The notes below the pieces were generated by a model. It was given only the letters and a program-made list of their open reading frames with translations. It was not told where the DNA came from and ran no database searches. A DNA stretch of 64,000 nucleotides from Candidatus Saccharimonadota bacterium (lineage in GTDB: Bacteria; Patescibacteriota; Saccharimonadia; Saccharimonadales; JAXHMH01), in the NCBI GenBank assembly GCA_034521515.1, contig JAXHMH010000002.1:640444-704443 (forward strand). The letters are read 5' to 3'. The stretch's first letter is position 1, and each line of letters starts with the position of its first letter. The position numbers and the translations under genes were made by a program. Below, piece after piece: positions 52,158 through 59,091 of this stretch.

Positions 52158-52238
52158 GGTAGTACATAATAGTCCTTCGACACAGCTCAGGACATTCTCT
52201 AGTTTCCGGCTGAAAGCCATGAGCCTGTCGAATGGCTG
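52158..52238 (+). repeat. Island repeat family, copy R6 (C module only)
   Basis: GGTAGTACATAATAGTCCTTCGACACAGCTCAGGACATTCTCTAGTTTCCGGCTGAAAGCCATGAGCCTGTCGAATGGCTG is a direct repeat of 51238-51317. Confidence 0.85.
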
Positions 52239-52455
52239 GATAGACGGGACGGTGACCAAACTTTTTCTATTGATGACTTCGACCCTGAAACGGAAATTGA
52301 ACAGATTAAAAAACTCTTGAAGAATGAGCAGGATGATAATACTTGATGCTGTTATATCCATCATAAATAGCAAGATTTACTCATTTAAAACTGTATAACA
52401 AAAGTTCATTTGAGGGTAACTAATCGTTTGCAATAGCAGTAAACTCATGTAACAT

Positions 52456-52809
52456 ATGAATATGCGTTCATATGATGATGACGACAACGTGCTTAATTTA
52501 TTTAAGCTTTTAGCCGATAAAAATAGGTATAACATAATTCGGCACTTGAATATGCAAGAGGACTGCGTGTGCACGATGGCCGAATCGCTCGACATGGATC
52601 AGTCATTATTGTCGCACCATCTCAAAAAATTGAGTACTGAGGGCTTGGTGCAAACCAGGAAGGTCGGATCATGGGTGCATTACTCGCTAAATGTTGAGAC
52701 ATTTAAGCGGTTCGAGGAACAATTCAAGCGTGAGCTGAGTATTGAAAACTACAGCCCGTCACTTTGTGTCGACCATGAAGCATGCAAAAAATTAACGGAG
52801 GTAAAATAA
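52456..52809 (+). CDS. arsR: ArsR/SmtB-family metalloregulator
   Basis: LFKLLADKNRYNIIRHL..EDCVCTMAESLDMDQSLLSHHLKKLSTEGLV. This is the first gene of the ars-like operon. Confidence 0.8.
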   Translation: MNMRSYDDDDNVLNLFKLLADKNRYNIIRHLNMQEDCVCTMAESLDMDQSLLSHHLKKLSTEGLVQTRKVGSWVHYSLNVETFKRFEEQFKRELSIENYSPSLCVDHEACKKLTEVK

Positions 52810-52810
52810 T

Positions 52811-53113
52811 ATGTCAAACGTAATAATATACGATCCACCTATGTGTTGTTCGTCTGGTGTTTGTGGCCCAAATCCCGACGAGAGTCTAATGGATGTCGAA
52901 ACCATGCTGGCAGAGCTTAAAAAGTCTTCTTTTGAGGTTAATCGCTACTTAATAAATCAAAGCCCAGAAAAATTCAAAGAAGATCCAAGGATCATTAAAC
53001 TCATACAAGAAAAGCAACTAAAAGTTTTACCAATTACAGTCGTAGACGGTGAGATTATAAAAACAGGCAGTTATCCCACGATAGATGAAGTGCATGCCGC
53101 AAAGAAAGGTTAG
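52811..53113 (+). CDS. arsD: ArsD-like arsenical metallochaperone/repressor
   Basis: Contains MSNVIIYDPPMCCSSGVCGP, the ArsD N-terminal Cys cluster. 100 aa with a thioredoxin-like layout. Confidence 0.8.
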   Translation: MSNVIIYDPPMCCSSGVCGPNPDESLMDVETMLAELKKSSFEVNRYLINQSPEKFKEDPRIIKLIQEKQLKVLPITVVDGEIIKTGSYPTIDEVHAAKKG

Positions 53114-53118
53114 TTTAT

Positions 53119-54969
53119 ATGGCAACTAAGTTCTATTTTTTCTCAGGTAAAGGCGGCGTCGGCAAGACGACTACATCATCTGCTACCGCCCTACATTTAG
53201 CTGGGCAGGGTAAGAAAACTCTCATCGTCACAACAGACCCCGCGTCAAACTTGGCTGATGTATTTGATCAGAAGATTGGGCATGATATTACCCCAATACA
53301 AAGCGTTGATAATCTCTTTGCTATGGAGCTTGATCCAGATATCGCAACCAGTGAGTACAAAGAGAAAACTTTAGGCCCACTCCGGGACATATTGCCAGCA
53401 GAAAGCCTGACGGTTATCGAGGAGCAACTCAATTCTCCGTGTACGGCAGAAATGGCGTCGTTTGATAAATTTACGGATTTTCTGCAAGAAGGAACATTTG
53501 ATGAAGTTATATTTGATACCGCACCTACCGGCCACACGCTACGACTACTAGAACTGCCGGTTGAATGGAGCGGCGTAATTGAAACCGCTTCAAAAGAAGG
53601 CAGTAGCGGACAGACATGCATAGGTCCAGCAGCAGCCCTTGCTGAATCAAAAGAAAAATTCGATAGAGCCATAGAAGCGATGCGGGATAAAAACACGACA
53701 AGCTTTACGTTTGTGCTTCGGCCAGAATCAACCTCAATACAAGAAACCAAACGATCCATAAAAGAACTGCAGCGTCTTGGCATCGAGTCAATTGACCTTA
53801 TAGTCAACGGAGTCTTTCCTGCTGAAGCCGTAGATAACCCTCTTGCTATGAAGCGACAGCAAAAGCAAAAAGAGTTTCTTCGTATAATCATAAAGACATT
53901 CAAGACTGATCCAAAAATATTGTACTTACGTTCAAGCGAGATTGGTGGATTAACGAAATTAAAAGAAATTGGTGAAGATCTGCACCTTAGAACGCAGCGT
54001 TTGTCTGACTATGCTTTTTCATCAGGTAAAGCAAAAACTCTAAAGACCATATCTTCATATCCAAAAACTGACTCGAGCATAGTTAAACTACTTACCCCAG
54101 ATCCAGACTATCAAACACGGACTATTTTCTTTGCGGGTAAAGGAGGGGTAGGAAAAACAAGCGTGTCATCGGCAACTGGTCTGTGGCTAGCCGAAAAAGG
54201 CTATAAAACGCTCGTTCTCACCACTGACCCAGCCTCTCACCTTAAGGAGGTCTTCGGTCAGGAGATTCATCATCACCCCACTCCGCATAAAGATGTACCC
54301 AACCTCGACCTAGCACACATCGATGCCGAAAAAGCTACTGAAGAATACAAGGAAAAAATTCTTTCTCAGGCTCGAAAAAAATATGACGCCGAAAGATTGA
54401 GTGCTATAGAAGAAGAACTGGATTCACCCTGCACTGAAGAAATGGCTACATTCGAAAAGTTCATGGACTACATGAGCCAAAGCGAATACGACATTATCGT
54501 ATTCGACACCGCACCGACCGGTCACACACTGCGGTTGTTGAACCTACCAATTGCTTGGGATAAACAGCTCGAGATAAAAACGCTAAATCAAGAACAAGTG
54601 ACAGAAGTAGACAAAGCAACTAAAGAACGTTACGACAAAGTCATCGATAGGCTACGAGATCCACGCAAAACAACATTTAGTTTTGTGATGTATCCCGAAA
54701 CAACGCCAATCATCGAAGCACATCGAGCAGTACAAGAGCTTGAATCTGCAGGAATCACTACCACGCTCGTTGTTGCGAATTTAGTGATTAATGATTCGTA
54801 CGCAACAAACAATTTCTGGAAAGAGCGTCGTAGTATGCAACAAAAGCACCTTGATGATATGAAAAAGAAATTCAGTGGAACGATTGCCACCCTCGATATG
54901 ATGCCTGATGATTTAAACGGTATAAACAATCTAAGAGAAGCGGGATATTTACTATATGGAAAAGAATAA
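53119..54969 (+). CDS. arsA: ArsA-type (Get3-like) tandem ATPase
   Basis: Two homologous halves, each with GKGGVGKTT/S, TTDPAS.L and DTAPTGHTLRLL. Confidence 0.9.
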   Translation: MATKFYFFSGKGGVGKTTTSSATALHLAGQGKKTLIVTTDPASNLADVFDQKIGHDITPIQSVDNLFAMELDPDIATSEYKEKTLGPLRDILPAESLTVIEEQLNSPCTAEMASFDKFTDFLQEGTFDEVIFDTAPTGHTLRLLELPVEWSGVIETASKEGSSGQTCIGPAAALAESKEKFDRAIEAMRDKNTTSFTFVLRPESTSIQETKRSIKELQRLGIESIDLIVNGVFPAEAVDNPLAMKRQQKQKEFLRIIIKTFKTDPKILYLRSSEIGGLTKLKEIGEDLHLRTQRLSDYAFSSGKAKTLKTISSYPKTDSSIVKLLTPDPDYQTRTIFFAGKGGVGKTSVSSATGLWLAEKGYKTLVLTTDPASHLKEVFGQEIHHHPTPHKDVPNLDLAHIDAEKATEEYKEKILSQARKKYDAERLSAIEEELDSPCTEEMATFEKFMDYMSQSEYDIIVFDTAPTGHTLRLLNLPIAWDKQLEIKTLNQEQVTEVDKATKERYDKVIDRLRDPRKTTFSFVMYPETTPIIEAHRAVQELESAGITTTLVVANLVINDSYATNNFWKERRSMQQKHLDDMKKKFSGTIATLDMMPDDLNGINNLREAGYLLYGKE

Positions 54970-55738
54970 TTCGACACAGAAGGTATTGTTTGTCAGCCGC
55001 GATGATGCGGTAAGCGTAAAAGTCGCGCAAGCGATATTCAATACACTCGTTCAAAAATATGCACTAGAGTGGACTGCCGATGCAGCTGTATTGAATTTAG
55101 AATCTGTAGACCAGAACCATCCAATATCTGAGCCCTTGCAGGCGAAGGGATATAAGACGGAGGGTATACATACTAGAACTCTAAACCCGAGCGATTCTGA
55201 AAGATACCGTATTGTCATAACGCTTGGTCAGACGAGTACACCATCAACATACGTCGATGCCGACATCGAAGTATGGGATCGGCCAAATAAATCCAGCGGT
55301 AGCAATGTAGACGCCGAAGAAATAGTACGACAAATTGAGGCAAAGGTAGTGAAGCTGGTCAACAAACTACATGAATACATGGACCCTCGCCTAGCTAGTC
55401 AGCTACAGGGCTTTGTATCTACTGTTTTTGATTATGTGCCAGAAGTCGTCGAGTTCAAGAAAGCGAAGGACGATTTACATGCTCATCCTGAGTCGCTCGC
55501 ACTTTGGCAGAAAAAACAAGAGATTCAGGAGACAATGAAAACATTGCAAGATAGCGGGCTCCCAGTCGATGACCAGCAACAACAATTGTTGAGCGAAACG
55601 ATGGCGAAAATGCGCGATGATGCAAATATAATGCGCTATTTACGTGCTGAAACATTTGTAAAACGTGCTACAGGATACATCGGATATATATTAGAGCAAA
55701 AAATCGGTGTTGATTTTGCACCAAGGAAGGAATGTTAA
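54956..55738 (+). CDS. Fusion of a degenerate LMW-PTP/ArsC-like domain and a YlbF/YmcA-like domain
   Basis: The N-terminal KVLFVSRDDAVSVKVAQAIF aligns with VLFVCxGNxCRSxMAE, but the CX5R Cys and Arg are missing. The C-terminal half (..LALWQKKQEIQETMKTLQDSG..ANIMRYLRAE..) resembles YlbF-family helical proteins. Confidence 0.5.
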   Translation: MEKNNSTQKVLFVSRDDAVSVKVAQAIFNTLVQKYALEWTADAAVLNLESVDQNHPISEPLQAKGYKTEGIHTRTLNPSDSERYRIVITLGQTSTPSTYVDADIEVWDRPNKSSGSNVDAEEIVRQIEAKVVKLVNKLHEYMDPRLASQLQGFVSTVFDYVPEVVEFKKAKDDLHAHPESLALWQKKQEIQETMKTLQDSGLPVDDQQQQLLSETMAKMRDDANIMRYLRAETFVKRATGYIGYILEQKIGVDFAPRKEC

Positions 55739-55740
55739 CT

Positions 55741-56124
55741 ATGTCTAAAACGAAAGCAGTAAAAACCCCCAAGCAAGCAGCCCGTGAACTAGCTGATATC
55801 ATCAACGAAACCAAGGAGATGAAGTTATATAAAAAAGCTATGGAAGAATTACAGGCTGACAAAAAAGCCCAAGAACTCATTCGTCAGTTTCAGGAAACTC
55901 GCGAAACGGTTATTACGCTACAGCGTAGTGGCATAGATGCCGGAGAGTCCATGGATAAGCTCAATTCTCTTCAGGGTGAAATCGGGAAAGTTACAGCAAT
56001 ACAAGACTTGACCAAACACCAGGCCAACATACAGAAAATGACGCAGGATCTAGCAATAGAAATTAGCCAGAAAATAAACTTTGAATTTAGTGTCCCTCAA
56101 TCTGGTGGCGGAGGCTGTTGCTAA
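55741..56124 (+). CDS. YlbF/YmcA (UPF0342)-family protein with a C-terminal GGGGCC tail
   Basis: Contains ..YKKAMEELQADKKAQELIRQFQE....LQRSG...... and IQDLTKHQANIQKMTQDLAIEISQKI...VPQSGGGGCC. Its overall layout and Gly/Cys C-terminus resemble B. subtilis YlbF. AAGGAAGG lies upstream of ATG 55741. Confidence 0.55.
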   Translation: MSKTKAVKTPKQAARELADIINETKEMKLYKKAMEELQADKKAQELIRQFQETRETVITLQRSGIDAGESMDKLNSLQGEIGKVTAIQDLTKHQANIQKMTQDLAIEISQKINFEFSVPQSGGGGCC

Positions 56125-56187
56125 CAGTCGCTCGTCACGTCTCTTAATATAAGGCGTGATAACCAGGGTAAAACACTTATATCATTC

Positions 56188-56215
56188 TGGGAGAGAAAGG
56201 ATTCGAACTTTGCCC
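56188..56215 (-). other. tRNA 3'-end-like fragment (T-arm/acceptor remnant)
   Basis: TGGGAGAGAAAGGATTCGAACTTTGCCC has the TGG..GGATTCGAAC pattern of a minus-strand tRNA 3' end, but no matching 5' half exists. Confidence 0.4.
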
Positions 56216-56333
56216 AGAAGAGTTATTTTGAACTTATGAAGTAAATATTGTTTAGTTGTTAAAATAACCAAACCGAAACAACAAATGAAAATCTCAGAAA
56301 TGCAATTTGGCTGACCTTATGGGTCTAGAACAT

Positions 56334-56660
56334 CTACTTATTAGCTTCAGAATCTGCTACTTTATCAAGAGTGTAGACATCTACCTTTTCTACAACCTTT
56401 TTAACTTGAGTAAAAAACTGTTTAAACTCCGGGCTCTGGCGCCACTCGTCTACTACCTCTAGGCTTTGCCAATCACGGTACGACAGAAAATGGCTTAAAT
56501 TGGTTTTATCCCGTAACAATCTAGCCCTGCCAGCACTAGGTGACTCTGATTGATTGGCAAAATCTTGCCATAGTTTTATAAAGGAGTCTTCCTCTCCTGG
56601 CTTAATGTGCCAGCTGCCACACATAAATATATTAAATTCATTCACTATTAATCTCTCCAT
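56334..56660 (-). CDS. ABM/Dabb-fold (antibiotic biosynthesis monooxygenase-like) small protein
   Basis: 108 aa. Contains ..W.IKPGEEDSFIKLWQDF... and FLSYRDWQSLEVVDEWRQSPEFKQF. Confidence 0.5.
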   Translation of the reverse strand: MERLIVNEFNIFMCGSWHIKPGEEDSFIKLWQDFANQSESPSAGRARLLRDKTNLSHFLSYRDWQSLEVVDEWRQSPEFKQFFTQVKKVVEKVDVYTLDKVADSEANK

Positions 56661-56689
56661 CTGAAAGTTACTGATTACATTATAACATC

Positions 56690-56710
56690 TGGCTGGGATG
56701 GAGGGATTCG
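56690..56710 (-). other. tRNA-Gln-like 3'-end fragment (candidate att-site relic)
   Basis: TGGCTGGGATGGAGGGATTCG compared with the 3' end of the intact tRNA-Gln, TGGCTAGGGCGGAGGGATTCG (57448-57468). A shorter echo, TGGCTGGGGATG, lies at 56828-56839. Confidence 0.5.
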
Positions 56711-57034
56711 CTTTCGTCGATTAATCTCCGAAAGTCCCGGGGAGCAAAGACATTTCGCACCCGTTCGAATCCCGCGCAACCAAACAAAAAAGGTTTGTCA
56801 GCAAGCTAAAGCTTACAAACAAACCTTTTGGCTGGGGATGCAGGTCAGAAACATTTAAATATGTACATTTTATATTGTCTAACGGCCGTCGATAGGTCTG
56901 CCAACTTGCTTAATGCACAACAACTGAGTGCTCCAGAAGCAATTAATAAATTTCGGAAATACCAAAGTCCCAATATAGATTATCGACAAACACCAATATC
57001 TTTAACTTTTAGACTTCAATGGTTTGTTTTATAG

Positions 57035-57436
57035 CTATTCTGTTGTTTGTCCATCAAATTCTTCTTCACTGGCTTCAGCTGGTTCTAATTTGTCGAATTC
57101 AATGCCGTCTTTGTGGTGCGGTGGTGAGTATATGGTGTACAATTTTAGCTTTTCAGTGTCAGAAGTATTAATGACATTATGTCTAGCTCCAGCAGGTACT
57201 ATTACTGCGCTACCGTCCCGTACTGTGTGTTCATTATCGTCAATCACTACTTTACCTTGGCCTGTTTCTATTCTAAAGAATTGATCATTATTTTGATGTG
57301 TTTCTAAACCAATTTCTTGGTTTGGATTCAAACACATCAGTACAAGTTGGGAATATTTGCTCGTATAGAGTACTTTTCTATACTTATCATTTTCTCTAGT
57401 TAATTCCTCTATGTTTTGTGAATAGCCTTTCATCAA
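57035..57436 (-). CDS. Cupin-domain protein
   Basis: Contains ..LETHQNNDQFFRIETGQGKVVID.. and ..GSAVIVPAGARHNVINTS.., the two cupin motifs. 133 aa. Confidence 0.75.
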   Translation of the reverse strand: MMKGYSQNIEELTRENDKYRKVLYTSKYSQLVLMCLNPNQEIGLETHQNNDQFFRIETGQGKVVIDDNEHTVRDGSAVIVPAGARHNVINTSDTEKLKLYTIYSPPHHKDGIEFDKLEPAEASEEEFDGQTTE

Positions 57437-57447
57437 TGTCTCCTCTG

Positions 57448-57521
57448 TTACAATGCTTGGCTAGGGCGGAGGGATTCGAACCCCCGATCACGGGACCAGA
57501 ACCCGTTGCCTTACCACTTGG
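57448..57521 (-). tRNA. tRNA-Gln (anticodon CUG), CCA encoded
   Basis: Reverse-complement fold: TAGGGCG/CGCCCTA acceptor stem (U1:A72, G73), 3-bp D stem GCC/GGC, anticodon arm ACGGG-TTCTGGT-CCCGT, T-arm GGGGG-TTCGAAT-CCCTC. Confidence 0.85.
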
Positions 57522-57564
57522 CCACGCCCTACTGCTAAGAAAAGTATACCAATTTTGAGTGTAT

Positions 57565-57688
57565 GATTCGACTCACCTCCGGCGAGCCCGATCACGGGGT
57601 CCCTTCGACAAGCTCAGGATAAACACCACCCGTTGCCTGGACTTTATCCGCCTATGGCGGAACTTGGCTAATCCCCAATGAGGTGAGC
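57565..57688 (-). pseudogene. Degenerate tRNA-Gln-derived element carrying insertions
   Basis: Shares four ordered blocks with the adjacent tRNA-Gln: GCCAAGT, AGGCAACGGGT, CCCGTGATCGGG and TCGAATC. These are separated by inserted hairpin/repeat sequence and enclosed by CTCACCTC/GAGGTGAG pairing. Confidence 0.5.
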
Positions 57689-57697
57689 TTTAGCTCA

Positions 57698-57753
57698 TAG
57701 TACTCAGTACCTAGTACCTAGTACACAGTACACAGTAGACAGTACCTAGTACT
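57698..57753 (+). repeat. Tandem heptad array (8 units of YAGTACN), third locus
   Basis: TAGTACT CAGTACC TAGTACC TAGTACA CAGTACA CAGTAGA CAGTACC TAGTACT followed by TGGG. The orientation and the CTTGGG end match 34559-34655. Confidence 0.9.
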
Positions 57754-57820
57754 TGGGATGCTGCGTTTTCTGACGAGGTTATTTTAACAGATTAACGGTG
57801 CAGGGGCTAGGCGCGTAATG

Positions 57821-59029
57821 TCAGGTAAATAGGTTGAGATCCTGGATGTCGTCCGGCAAGAAGCCTTTTTGGTGCTGGAAGTTGGCTTCCCATTTGTAAT
57901 CTTTGCCGTAACCTAGATCTTTCATGAGTTTGGTCGGGGCGTTGCGCACATGTAGTGGAACTGGTAGGTCGGGGTGGTCGCGGGCGGCGCTGGCAGCTGC
58001 GGTCATAGCGTTGGCTACGGTACGGGACTTGTCACATTTGGCTAACACCAGCGCGCAGTGAAACAGGTTGTACTGACACTCTGGCATACCGATGCGTTCT
58101 ACTGCCTGGAAGGTTGATACAGCTAGGTTTAGCACCGGCGAGGCTGCGATACCGACATCTTCTGAGGCAAAAATTACCATCCGACGGGCAACAAACTTGG
58201 GGTCTTCACCAGCTTGTAGCATGCGCGCCAAGTAATATAAGGCGGCATTGGCGTCTGACCCGCGCATGGATTTAATAAATGCGCTGATGACGTTGTAGTG
58301 GGTTTCGCCAGCTTTGTCATAGCCGGGTACACGGCGTTGAGCGGCCGTTTCCACGACTTGTTTAGTTACTGGTTTTTTGCCGGCCAGCTGCAGAGCCAAC
58401 TCTAGATTACCGAGCGCAACGCGGGCGTCGCCACCAGATAGCTCGGCAATCAGATCAAGACTCTTGGCGGGGACTTGCTTGGCAGTAAGTTTCTCTGATT
58501 TTATGGCAGCTTTAAGCACCTGCATTATGTCGGTTTTGCTTAAGGGTTCTAGCACCAGCACACGACTACGCGATAGCAGCGGATTTATAACTTCAAAGCT
58601 GGGGTTTTCGGTGGTTGCTCCTATCAAGACGACAGTTCCAGCCTCAACATGAGGCAAAAAGGCATCTTGCTGGGCTTTGTTGAACCGGTGAATTTCATCT
58701 ATGAATAAGATAGTGGTCATGCCCAGACGCTGATTAGCTTTGGCGTGCTCGATAACCTTGGTTACATCGGCTTTGCCGGCAGTGACGGCACTTAGTTCAA
58801 CAAACTCGGACTCTGTCTCACTAGCAATAATTCGTGCCAGAGTGGTTTTGCCGCTGCCTGGTGGACCCCATAAAATCAGGCTGGTGGGGCTTTGTTTTTG
58901 TATGATTTCGCGCAGTATCTGACCTTTGGCTAGCAAGTGCTCTTGACCAATGACATCAGCCAGTTTTTTTGGCCGCATTCGTTCGGCGAGAGGTGTACCA
59001 TACATAACAGTAGTATAACCTGCTTGCAC
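57821..59029 (-). CDS. rarA: Replication-associated recombination protein A (RarA/MgsA AAA+ ATPase)
   Basis: Contains Walker A (WGPPGSGKTTLA), Walker B (LFIDEIHRFNKAQQDAFLP) and the MgsA C-terminal domain (HYN.ISAF.KS.RGSD..AALYYLARM). Confidence 0.9.
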   Translation of the reverse strand: MQAGYTTVMYGTPLAERMRPKKLADVIGQEHLLAKGQILREIIQKQSPTSLILWGPPGSGKTTLARIIASETESEFVELSAVTAGKADVTKVIEHAKANQRLGMTTILFIDEIHRFNKAQQDAFLPHVEAGTVVLIGATTENPSFEVINPLLSRSRVLVLEPLSKTDIMQVLKAAIKSEKLTAKQVPAKSLDLIAELSGGDARVALGNLELALQLAGKKPVTKQVVETAAQRRVPGYDKAGETHYNVISAFIKSMRGSDANAALYYLARMLQAGEDPKFVARRMVIFASEDVGIAASPVLNLAVSTFQAVERIGMPECQYNLFHCALVLAKCDKSRTVANAMTAAASAARDHPDLPVPLHVRNAPTKLMKDLGYGKDYKWEANFQHQKGFLPDDIQDLNLFT

Positions 59030-59091
59030 AGTTGATGTCAGGTGGTATACTTCTTGCGATTAATAGAAAAATAAAAACAGGAATAGACTAG

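Noticed and set aside
43162-52238. Integron attC-site / gene-cassette array interpretation of the hairpin repeats.
   Set aside because: No intI-like integrase or attI was seen. The flanking cores (CTCTAAC / GTTAGAG) do not fit RYYYAAC / GTTRRRY. Copies occur in both orientations, and cassettes contain several genes. It is kept only as a remote analogy.
56828-57284. Plus-strand ORFs 56828-57034 and 57024-57284.
   Set aside because: The first spans tRNA-fragment and hairpin sequence with no RBS. The second is antisense to the motif-supported cupin gene.
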